This document shows, piece after piece, positions 8,789 through 17,589 of a stretch of 64,000 bases of DNA (positions are counted from its first letter, which is position 1; each line of letters begins with the position of its first letter). A program made the position numbers and the translations under genes. This DNA is from Calditrichales bacterium (lineage in GTDB: Bacteria > Calditrichota > Calditrichia > Calditrichales > J004): positions 1,088,001 through 1,152,000 of the forward strand of contig OZ254086.1 in NCBI GenBank assembly GCA_965267575.1. The letters are read 5' to 3'. The notes beneath the pieces were generated by a model. It did no database searches. It saw nothing but the letters and a program-made list of their open reading frames with translations, and was not told the DNA's origin.

Positions 8789-9271
8789 TTATTTTACTTT
8801 TAGCTCCACTTTATAAAGAGGCAAAAAGCGACCCTTGATACTTTCCGATTCCCTTTCACCCGCGGGAGTTGCGCCCATGGCAATGTAAAACGGTCCCGCA
8901 TAGGGATCGGATTGAATCAGCATTGTTTTCGCCTCCATGTGCCGGGCCAGAGTTACGGCGTGGTCAAACAACATCCTGCCAATGCCCTTTCCAAAATGGG
9001 CGGGCTCTACAAATAACGCCTCCAGTTCCACGGTGCTGCTGTCAACCCGCTTCAGCGCGTAAAAGCCCACAATATCTGACGACCCCTCTTCCGCAAGATG
9101 GTAAGAAAAGGCCATGTTTTTAAGCTTTGCTTCGGTCACTTCCAGCTCGGCGCGGCAACGCTCCATAAAATCATCCGGATAGCCCCAGGATGCTTTTGAG
9201 CGCATAGCCAGGCCAGAGATTGTGGCCAGGTCACTCGGCTTAACCTGCCTTATAAAGATATTGCTCTTCAT
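8789..9271 (-). CDS. GNAT family N-acetyltransferase
   Basis: SKASWGY, LFVEPAHFGKGIGRML, SDPYAGPFY. Confidence 0.88.
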   Translation of the reverse strand: MKSNIFIRQVKPSDLATISGLAMRSKASWGYPDDFMERCRAELEVTEAKLKNMAFSYHLAEEGSSDIVGFYALKRVDSSTVELEALFVEPAHFGKGIGRMLFDHAVTLARHMEAKTMLIQSDPYAGPFYIAMGATPAGERESESIKGRFLPLYKVELKVK

Positions 9272-9298
9272 ATTTGGATTTGCTGCTCTTACAATAAT

Positions 9299-10102
9299 CT
9301 AAAACCGCAAAACAAAATGCACACCCGTTGGCGTTATGAAAAACTGTGATTGCTGCTTACTCGTTTCGCCGTCCGCCAGGTTTTTAAAACTTTGGCCGAC
9401 GCTCTTTCCGATGGAGTAGCCTAACAAAGCCCCGGCCACGAAATCCGAAAACCAGTGGATATTTGTGGAAATACTTAATCCTACAAAAGCGGCATAGGCC
9501 GCAGACGACGCCTTGATGGTACTGTTCTCCGGGTACATCTGCCACATAACCGTAGCCATGGCAAAAGCATTTGTGGTGTGTCCGCTTGGCCAGCCGTCAA
9601 AAATGCCGCGACGCATAAAGCCAAAGTTGAAATCATCACTGTAATCCACGTCTGTTCCGTATTCATCTTCCGGTGGCTTGCGCCCGGTGATGGCCTTGTA
9701 GGTAGAAGAGACCAGCAGACTTGTCATCACCGATTGTCCCAATGCCAGCCCGGTGTACATCAACCTGGCATCTTCATCTGCCTTTCCTGAAAAATAAAGG
9801 ATAATGGGTACCGTCAAAGGTACAAGCCCGCCGACGCTTACACCGGCAAAACCCGCATCGGATATGGCCTTATTCTCCTGCATGTAGAGCCAGTAATCCC
9901 AATCTGCCCCGCTTTCGATGATGGCATAGGACAAGCCAATTGCCGAGGCGTGATACAAACCGTAACCATTGCTGAAAGAGCTCAGCAGGTTTTTATCAAA
10001 TTCATGGAACAGGTCACCGGCTGTGGGTAAGTTTTTGTCGTTTTCGGATGCAACCAGGGTGATGTTTGCAGCAAGAAATAGAAGTATTGTGAGTGAACGC
10101 AT
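9299..10102 (-). CDS. PAP2 family phosphatase
   Basis: K..TGRKPP, WPSGHT, HWFSD motifs; signal peptide. Confidence 0.85.
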   Translation of the reverse strand: MRSLTILLFLAANITLVASENDKNLPTAGDLFHEFDKNLLSSFSNGYGLYHASAIGLSYAIIESGADWDYWLYMQENKAISDAGFAGVSVGGLVPLTVPIILYFSGKADEDARLMYTGLALGQSVMTSLLVSSTYKAITGRKPPEDEYGTDVDYSDDFNFGFMRRGIFDGWPSGHTTNAFAMATVMWQMYPENSTIKASSAAYAAFVGLSISTNIHWFSDFVAGALLGYSIGKSVGQSFKNLADGETSKQQSQFFITPTGVHFVLRF

Positions 10103-10365
10103 AATGATTTGGACCGTAATGGGATCGTTTGTTCTAATAAAGAACTAAAACCTATTGTTATTTCATTTGGCTTCCAAATCGCGTTCGCTATCGGAATCGA
10201 TTATTAAACGCCCTATTGGATAGACAGCCCTTCGTGAATAAAAGTCTCCTTTTTGCCGATCCCGATTACGATAACGATTTCAATCGGATTACGATTCGTA
10301 TGCAGATTAAATATGATATAGTCATTTCGTTAAAAGTACAATCGTAATAAAGAAAATGTTGGGGC

Positions 10366-10396
10366 AAAAAAAATGGCGGCCAATTCGACCGCCATT
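10366..10396 (-). terminator. Intrinsic terminator
   Basis: AATGGCGG-N-CCGCCATT stem with a T-tract on the minus strand. Confidence 0.75.
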
Positions 10397-10415
10397 GTTC
10401 AAAGTGGGATTATTT

Positions 10416-10928
10416 TTAAAGATTTATCTTGGCTTCGAAAGAGCCGTTTGTAACGTCCTTTACATCACTCTGGTCGGAGCCATTTAACGGCGCGTCAAAC
10501 GCAACGGTACCCTTCACGCTCGATTCGGAAAGCTCCGTAATCGTCACCGTGCCGCTTGTGGCCAGGTAGGTTTTTATATCCAGCGGGTCGCTTGCGCTGT
10601 TGGTTGTGTAGCGCCCGGTTGCTTGTCCGCCGATCAACGCAATGTTAAACGTACCGACGGCCGCGCCCTGCATAATGACTACCTGCATCTGCTGAGACAA
10701 ACCGCTGTTATCCGTATACTGGCCGGTAACCGTAAGCACGCCGCTGTTGCTGGTGGCTACAACGGCCGTATTGGCACTCCAGGACGTGCCGTTAATGTCG
10801 GCAGTAAAAGAGCCGTCTGTGTTGTTATTGTTGTTGCCTTCTTCATTGGAGCTGCTGCTGTCTTCCGAGCAGGCGGCCACAAATAAAAAGCTCAACATCA
10901 AAAAAAGTGAAAAGATACGCTTGAACAT
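10416..10928 (-). CDS. Beta-rich lipoprotein (DUF6252-like)
   Basis: Lipobox VAAC, FTADINGTSW, SGTVTITE...VKGT..F, VTNGSF; AGGAGG RBS. Confidence 0.75.
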   Translation of the reverse strand: MFKRIFSLFLMLSFLFVAACSEDSSSSNEEGNNNNNTDGSFTADINGTSWSANTAVVATSNSGVLTVTGQYTDNSGLSQQMQVVIMQGAAVGTFNIALIGGQATGRYTTNSASDPLDIKTYLATSGTVTITELSESSVKGTVAFDAPLNGSDQSDVKDVTNGSFEAKINL

Positions 10929-11074
10929 AGTTCCTCCTAAGGGTTATCGTAAAACATGTCTGCTCCTTAGAAGGCAACTGGCGGGCCAAAACGGATTTTA
11001 GCCGCCTCAGCCCCTTTTCTGTTTCATTGGCGCGACAATTTGTATGGATAGGAGCGTCGCGCGTATGCGACAGA

Positions 11075-12835
11075 TCATCCTGCGCCGCCACCACCGCCGC
11101 CGGCGGCTCCGGCTGCACCGGCACCCGCGGCACTGCCCGCGCTGCTCACGGCAACCGTGTTTGAAGTACTGGCTATAATGGCACCCATAAAGACAGCATA
11201 ATCCATATCGGCAATCTCACCCTGTTTGGTGGCCGGCAGCCAGCCAAGGTATTTTTCGCGCTCCGTTTGGGGGATCGCTTCGATAATGTTACGCATATTT
11301 TTTTCGCCCAGGCCCAAGGCCACAGCCCACACAAGATAACGGTCATAGGAGTCATAAATAACCGGATTAGTGGGATTGATCTTCTTGACGAAAGCTTTGA
11401 GCTGCTGCGCCCGCTTAAACATTTCCTTGCTTTCCGGCGTCATCCGCAAAACTGTAAAGGAGAGCGCGAACAGCACAAAACCACCGATAATCACAAAAGC
11501 GAGCGCTTTTCCGGCCATTACGGCAAACACAATGCCCAGCGCGGCGATGGCCAGCCCCACGACCGCCATCAATACGGTGCCTGTAATGCTGGCCCTGTCA
11601 TAAAAGGGCTGTTTCTTCAAAATTTCCTTAACCGATTTGTACCATTTCTCGTACCATTTGCGCACATCGCTTTTGCGCTTTTTCAGTGCGTCGCTGTGCA
11701 ACTCATCTCCGCCGGCAAGCTCATCGAAGAGGAAAGTAATCATCTGATTTTCAAAATCATGCAGGGTGCTTTGCGTGCTTTTCCAGTTGTCGCGCCGCAA
11801 ACGTAAAATAAACTTTTTAGGCTTGCGCGACTGCTCCCCGGCATCAATGCGGATGATTCCACGACGGGCCAGCTCCAGCAGGGTGGCCGCCACCGACCGG
11901 CCGCTGACCTGGTTCTGATTGGCGTGTCCGGCAAACAGCGCCGGATGCATATCAGGAAGCATCCCCTGCTGAGAGTGATCCACCCTTACTTCGAAGCCGC
12001 GGCCCAGACGGCCGTAAATAAACACGAGTGCCACAACTCCGGTAGCGAGGATCAGCCAACCCCAAGGGGTGAGTTCTTCCGCCAGTTGCTGTTTTTCTTC
12101 CTGCTCGCGGAAATAGGTTTCACGGCGCTGCTCACGTTCCATGGCCAGTTGCAGCTCCTCTCTGCTGATCGCATCACGGACGGCGTTGGGGCTTTGGGCA
12201 ACACCGGTCAGCATGTATTCCGGGAAAAGCAGGCGCATTAAGAACGGCGTCCTGCGGTCCAGGTTCGTGGTCTCGGCAATCACGCGATCATCCCGTGTTT
12301 CAATCGCGCCAAAAAGCGGCTGACGCAACCAGGCCTGCACCGTGCTGCGGCTTGGGGCTTCCTGTGGCAAAAAGACAGTCACACGCATAAAGCCGGTATC
12401 CTTGGGCCGGCTCTCTCCGGCAAAAGCAAAAAAGAGCTCACCCGCATCCTGGTGCCGTTTCACCACATCGTTCAGGGTAAAGGCCAGCGTGAAACGGCGG
12501 CTTTCTTTGCGCGCGCTGTAGTGCCATTTGATGTACAGTTCATCTTCGCTGATTTCGACCTGATAGGTGCCGTCGTCTTCGGAATCGTTTTGCAGATATG
12601 CCCGGCCGCCTTCACGAACGGCCACACCGGAAACATCGCCAATATCGCGCAGGGGAAGACTGTAATCGGCCCAGCTGAACGATCCTTTTTTGAAACGGAT
12701 TACGCGCGTATGCTTTATTTGCAGGGCACCATCCTCCGTTATCCGCGCCTGCACCAGGACGGAATCGATGCTGTAGCTTTTGGCTTGCAGGGAAAGGGGA
12801 AGGGCGATCAACATCGCCAGCAAGAGCTTTTTCAT
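11075..12835 (-). CDS. DUF2207 family membrane protein
   Basis: Signal peptide, extracytoplasmic N-domain, ATLLELARRG, YLVWAVALGL, Gly/Ala-rich C-terminus. Confidence 0.85.
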   Translation of the reverse strand: MKKLLLAMLIALPLSLQAKSYSIDSVLVQARITEDGALQIKHTRVIRFKKGSFSWADYSLPLRDIGDVSGVAVREGGRAYLQNDSEDDGTYQVEISEDELYIKWHYSARKESRRFTLAFTLNDVVKRHQDAGELFFAFAGESRPKDTGFMRVTVFLPQEAPSRSTVQAWLRQPLFGAIETRDDRVIAETTNLDRRTPFLMRLLFPEYMLTGVAQSPNAVRDAISREELQLAMEREQRRETYFREQEEKQQLAEELTPWGWLILATGVVALVFIYGRLGRGFEVRVDHSQQGMLPDMHPALFAGHANQNQVSGRSVAATLLELARRGIIRIDAGEQSRKPKKFILRLRRDNWKSTQSTLHDFENQMITFLFDELAGGDELHSDALKKRKSDVRKWYEKWYKSVKEILKKQPFYDRASITGTVLMAVVGLAIAALGIVFAVMAGKALAFVIIGGFVLFALSFTVLRMTPESKEMFKRAQQLKAFVKKINPTNPVIYDSYDRYLVWAVALGLGEKNMRNIIEAIPQTEREKYLGWLPATKQGEIADMDYAVFMGAIIASTSNTVAVSSAGSAAGAGAAGAAGGGGGGAG

Positions 12836-12848
12836 GATGGCTCCTTAT

Positions 12849-13229
12849 TTAACAGGTGGAATGGATCAACGCGCCTGTGGGTTTTCCGGCGCACAGCCGG
12901 TTGTAAATTTCCACAGCCCGTGCAGTGTTGGTCTGCTGATATGGTATAGCTTCTTTTTCCAGCCACTGTCGCGCGTCATCACTTAGTTGCAGGCGATCGT
13001 AAAAACCCTGTGAAAGGACCATGACCTGCGCGCCCTGCTCCCTGAGAAACTGCAGGTCGGCGATGAGGATACCCGGCTGGTGATGCGTGCCGCTGACTGT
13101 CCAGTCCCACTCTTTAGCGCCACCGGGAAAAAGCATAACATCTTTGAAGCGGTCGGTTTGATTTTCCACCCGCACAACACCCCATTCACAGGAAACTATA
13201 CGGGGAGAATTTGTCTTATTTTTAAACAT
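12849..13229 (-). CDS. Mth938-like (AAMDC/DUF498) domain protein
   Basis: WDW...GTHHQPGI, AVEIYNRL, C-terminal ALIHSTC. Confidence 0.88.
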   Translation of the reverse strand: MFKNKTNSPRIVSCEWGVVRVENQTDRFKDVMLFPGGAKEWDWTVSGTHHQPGILIADLQFLREQGAQVMVLSQGFYDRLQLSDDARQWLEKEAIPYQQTNTARAVEIYNRLCAGKPTGALIHSTC

Positions 13230-13326
13230 CTCGGTCTGTGGCTGAAGTTATTTAAAGCTGTTAATAAAATAAGCAGTAGAGCGCTATTTTAAAAGCCAGG
13301 AGAAGATTAGCGGCTCAACCGCCTAC

Positions 13327-15465
13327 CTATTTGACAAGGAGCATTTTGCGTGTTTGAGAATAGCTTTGGGCCGATAGCCTGTAGAAGTATACGCCGGATG
13401 AAAGCCTGCTTCCGTCAAAAACAGCCAGATGTCTGCCGGTGGGACGCTGTTCATCCAGCAGGGTTGTAATGTGGCGGCCGGCCGCGTCAAATATTTCGAG
13501 CTTTATGTGACCTGGCCGCGGCAGTTCAAAGGGGATACTGGTGAGCGGGTTAAAAGGGTTTGGATAATTAGCTCCCAGCGCTGGACGGGTTGGCAGCGCG
13601 TTTTCCGGGTTGCCCAGGGCCGTTAACAGGGTGTCAGTGCTTTTCCAGATGCCCTCGTTGGTGCCCAAATAGATATAGCCTTGCCGGTCATAAGCAATCG
13701 ATGCATATTCCAGCCTGGCCAGCTGATCGCCGATGTACGTCCAGTTGTTGCCCAGATCATCGGATAACCAGAACTCGCCCTCGCTGTAGCCGGCGGCAAT
13801 AAGCTCAAGCTGCGGTGTGGATGAGACTTTTAAAATGGCATCTTCAGTCAGGCCGGTGTTGGCCTCCTGCCACACATCGCCTTTATTGAAAGAGCGGTAG
13901 ACTCCGCCCCCGGCCAGCGAGCAATACAACATGCCATCGTCAGAAGCTTCGATAGATGTGATGCGGTGGTTTCGGGCCAGCCCGGTCGTAATCTCTTCCC
14001 AGGAATCGCCTTTATTCTTGGAGCGGAAAACCAGTCCGTTCTCCGTACCCATAAAAAGCGTACCCTGATCGTCTGACTCAAAACTGGAGATTGCGTTACT
14101 GCCCGATATTTTTGTCCAGGTTTGGGCATTGTCAGAAGACCGGAATAATTCACGCGTGGAAAGCCTGCAATAAAGGGTACCCTCAACATCTTCTTTTATA
14201 TCGAGTACAGGCGCGTCGCCAAACTCGCCCCACTTTGTCCAGCATAAGCTGTCCGTATTCCATTTAAACAATCCGCGTTGTATGGGGACTTGCAGCAGGT
14301 CCGGGCGTGCGATGCCCACAAACAATTCTCCGGATTGGGTGACCAGAATGGAGTGGATATCGGCCGTGCTTATGCCATTGCTCATGTTTAGCCAATCCGA
14401 GTCGTTTTCGCTTTTGTACACACCTGCCCGCCAAACAGCAGCGTAAATTGCACCGGACGCATCTATCGCCATGCCATTTATCTGGCTGTTAAAAATTCCG
14501 GCGCTCCATTCATGCCAGGAATGACCGTCGTCAAGCGAGCGCCACACAGCGCCGCCGCAGGTTGTAAGATACAGTATATTGCTTGAATCCAATAACAGGT
14601 TCGAGAAACAACCGTCCTCCGCCGGCCAGGGTATTTCGGAAAATGTGTAACTATAATCTTGAGACTTCAAAAGGCCACGGTAATAGGTTGTAACAAATAT
14701 TGTAGAATCATTTAAAACAACCATGTCATTGGCGAAGGAGTTACGAAGGTCATCCGTGAAGTCCGTTTCGATCCAGCTTTGACCAAAGTCGTTTGAAAGA
14801 AATGTCCCGACGTTTTCCGTCAAAGCATAAAAAGTGCTATCTTTATTGCGAACATACTTTACAGCATAATCATCTTTTAAGTAGCCTTTATCTACCCAGG
14901 TATTTCCACCGTTATCACTATAATACAATCCACTGTTTCCCGAAACAAAAAGTCGACCAATATTCGAGAAATATATGTCATTAATGGCCCCCAACTGGTT
15001 AGTTAATATTCGCGCCCATGTACTACCTTGGTTGACACTTCTAAAGACCTCTTCAGGGCTTTGCGCTGTCCCAACATATACTGTATTCATGTTATCTGTT
15101 TCAAGGCACCAATCTTTTTCTCCTGCCAAAAACCGCTCTTCAACCCAACTCATACCGTTATCACGAGAGACATAGGTACCCTCGGAAAAAACGGCGGCCC
15201 ATAGACCGCCGTCATAATTGTAAGCCAAATCTTCCACCCTATCTTCAAATATGTGTGGGCTGAGCAACCATGTGGAGCCGTTGTCAAAGCTGTAATAAAC
15301 CCGGCCATCTATTGTCCCAAGAGCCATTCGTCCATCCCCGTTCTTTGAAGTGGCCATAGAACGTACTACACCTCCTGGTGGACCAGGCAGCTTTTGCCAG
15401 ACTTCCTGGGCGCTTAATACCAAAGTTAATAAAAGTATAAACACATGAATGAGACGATAACGCAT
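13327..15465 (-). CDS. Secreted BNR/beta-propeller repeat protein with T9SS-like C-terminal domain
   Basis: Repeated SxDxGxTW motifs; NYPNPFNPLT...SGVYFYRL...RKMLLVK. Confidence 0.85.
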   Translation of the reverse strand: MRYRLIHVFILLLTLVLSAQEVWQKLPGPPGGVVRSMATSKNGDGRMALGTIDGRVYYSFDNGSTWLLSPHIFEDRVEDLAYNYDGGLWAAVFSEGTYVSRDNGMSWVEERFLAGEKDWCLETDNMNTVYVGTAQSPEEVFRSVNQGSTWARILTNQLGAINDIYFSNIGRLFVSGNSGLYYSDNGGNTWVDKGYLKDDYAVKYVRNKDSTFYALTENVGTFLSNDFGQSWIETDFTDDLRNSFANDMVVLNDSTIFVTTYYRGLLKSQDYSYTFSEIPWPAEDGCFSNLLLDSSNILYLTTCGGAVWRSLDDGHSWHEWSAGIFNSQINGMAIDASGAIYAAVWRAGVYKSENDSDWLNMSNGISTADIHSILVTQSGELFVGIARPDLLQVPIQRGLFKWNTDSLCWTKWGEFGDAPVLDIKEDVEGTLYCRLSTRELFRSSDNAQTWTKISGSNAISSFESDDQGTLFMGTENGLVFRSKNKGDSWEEITTGLARNHRITSIEASDDGMLYCSLAGGGVYRSFNKGDVWQEANTGLTEDAILKVSSTPQLELIAAGYSEGEFWLSDDLGNNWTYIGDQLARLEYASIAYDRQGYIYLGTNEGIWKSTDTLLTALGNPENALPTRPALGANYPNPFNPLTSIPFELPRPGHIKLEIFDAAGRHITTLLDEQRPTGRHLAVFDGSRLSSGVYFYRLSAQSYSQTRKMLLVK

Positions 15466-15607
15466 TTGCTTTCTGAGCTCGGATTTTGGGAAAAGACTTC
15501 AAAAAAATATAAACAGGCCTTCAGCAATTCAATGACGAAGTACTAAAAGGCTGTTATATAAGATTTAATTGCTTATACCGCCCGAATCGCCAAAAACCGG
15601 ATTAATA

Positions 15608-17305
15608 CTATTTTTTATATTTCACCTTCCCACCCACAATCGTATACAGCACCTGCGTCTCGCGGATCTGCTCTTCGGAAACGGTGAGCAGGTCATGCGA
15701 CAGCACGGTCAGGTCGGCCAGTTTGCCGGGACTGATGGTGCCTTTGATATCTTCCTCAAAAGCGGCATAGGCGTTGTAAATGGTCAGCGAGCGCAGGGCC
15801 TGTTCGCGGGTCATCGCCTCCTGCGGATAAAACTCCACATCGGGAGCCGTTTTGCGCGTGACCGACGCGTAAAAATTGGCAATGGGATCGATCGCTTCTA
15901 CCGGGGCATCTGTGCCGTTGGCCAGCCGGGCGCCGCTGTTCAGCAGGCTTTGCCAGGGATAGGCACCTTCACCGGCGCGCTCTTCGCCGATGCGTTTTAC
16001 CACCCACGGTCCATCCGAGGTGCAATGCACCGCCTGCACCGAAGCGATCACACCGTTTTGCACAAAGCGCGGCAAATCCACGGGATCAATATGCTGGGCA
16101 TGCTCGACGCGCCAGCGATGATCCTCGGTTACGTCGCGGCCCAAAACATCGCTGTAAATCTGCAGCACCTCGCGGTTGGCGCGGTCACCGATTGCGTGCG
16201 TGCAGAACTGGTAGCCGTGTTCTTTGGCAAGAGCAGCACGGGCGCGAATAGTGTCCAGCGGGGTAACAAGCTGCCCGCTGGTTGAAGGCATGTCGTTATA
16301 AGGCTCCAGCATCCAGGCCCCGCGGGCGCCCAGGGCGCCGTCGGCATACTCTTTTATGGCGCGCACGGTCAAATGGTTGTTGCCGTAGCCGACCATGTAA
16401 TATTTTTCCAACAGCGGACCTGTCAGCGTGTCATCGGCGGAAAGCATCACGTAGAGACGCACATCCAGTGTGGCGCTATCGGCCATGGCCTTAAACAGGT
16501 CAACGTCTTCCGTGCTGGAGCCGGCATTGTGGATCGAAGTAATACCGTTTTCCAGGCAATGCTCCATGGCGCTTTGCAGCTTGCGCCGCTCAATGGCCAG
16601 GCGCTGTTCATGGCTTAAACTTTTAAGGTGCCGATCGTATGCTTCCTCGATGAAATTCTCAGCGTTTTCCAGCAATACTCCTGTTGCCCGTCCACGATTG
16701 TCGCGCACAATGATACCGCCGTCGGGGTCCGGCGTATTGCGGTCGATGCCGCTCAGTTGCAGCGCCCTGGCATTGGCAAAAACGGCGTGGCCGCTGGCAT
16801 GATCCAGATAGACCGGGTTATTTGGCGAAATGGCCGAAAGAGCGTCGTGAACGGGGTAGCCCTGAACTTCCGGAGCCGGAACCGCGTCCCATTTTTCCTG
16901 GTGCCAGCCGCGACCCAGAATCCACTCGCCGGGTTCGGCCTTCTCCACCGCCTGCTCTACCTTGACAATTACTTCATCCCAGTTTTTGGCTGTTGTAAGA
17001 TCAAGGTTATTGAGAAATTTACCCAGCGTCATGATGTGAATGTGAGCGTCCGTCAACCCCGGTACCACGGTGGTGCTGTCCAGGTCTATCATTTCGGTGC
17101 GATCGCCCTGGTGGTCCATGATCGTTTCATTGCTGCCCACGGCAATAATAGAATCACCGGCAACTGCAACCGCCGACGCCCGGTCGATGCGATCATCCAG
17201 CGTGATGACCTTGCCGTTGTAAAGGATAAGATCGGCCTCCTGCTTTTGGGAACAGCCTGCGAGAATAAGAAGCAAAACCGAAAATGTCAGCAATCGGAAA
17301 AACAT
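15608..17305 (-). CDS. Amidohydrolase 3 (YtcJ-like) lipoprotein
   Basis: Lipobox LAGC, PGLTDAHIH, ADGALGARGA, HAIGDRAN, RVEHAQ, GTDAP, GKLADL. Confidence 0.9.
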   Translation of the reverse strand: MFFRLLTFSVLLLILAGCSQKQEADLILYNGKVITLDDRIDRASAVAVAGDSIIAVGSNETIMDHQGDRTEMIDLDSTTVVPGLTDAHIHIMTLGKFLNNLDLTTAKNWDEVIVKVEQAVEKAEPGEWILGRGWHQEKWDAVPAPEVQGYPVHDALSAISPNNPVYLDHASGHAVFANARALQLSGIDRNTPDPDGGIIVRDNRGRATGVLLENAENFIEEAYDRHLKSLSHEQRLAIERRKLQSAMEHCLENGITSIHNAGSSTEDVDLFKAMADSATLDVRLYVMLSADDTLTGPLLEKYYMVGYGNNHLTVRAIKEYADGALGARGAWMLEPYNDMPSTSGQLVTPLDTIRARAALAKEHGYQFCTHAIGDRANREVLQIYSDVLGRDVTEDHRWRVEHAQHIDPVDLPRFVQNGVIASVQAVHCTSDGPWVVKRIGEERAGEGAYPWQSLLNSGARLANGTDAPVEAIDPIANFYASVTRKTAPDVEFYPQEAMTREQALRSLTIYNAYAAFEEDIKGTISPGKLADLTVLSHDLLTVSEEQIRETQVLYTIVGGKVKYKK

Positions 17306-17589
17306 AATTCACCCCGGGGTTTAGTTGACGTGTAAGGGAAAATATAGCAGTTGTGAAGCTTTGATGCACCCCCTCGATGTCTTGAAGTCAGGAGGTCCTT
17401 TGTCGTGGGGTCAGGAAGTCTTCTTGATCCTGATCGTGATCTTTAGCGGGCGAATGCGGATAAAGAGAAAGATTATGAGAATGAAAAGGATTAATTTTGC
17501 TGCCCCTGTGGGGATCCCGGCGTGGCGTGGGAGGCCAGCCCCGAATAATGGCACCGGGGCAGCCGGGATCACAGAGTTCCGTGCAGATG

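Noticed and set aside
8184-10102. GNAT, PAP2 and hypothetical genes as part of the tocopherol operon
   Set aside because: Same strand, but mostly separated by AT-rich gaps, with differing composition and no known pathway role. Linkage is unsupported without synteny data.
10965-11020. Possible c-di-GMP-I riboswitch upstream of the 10928 lipoprotein
   Set aside because: A hairpin ending GCCAGTTGCC is present, but the conserved GCAAA/GAAA-tetraloop core is missing.
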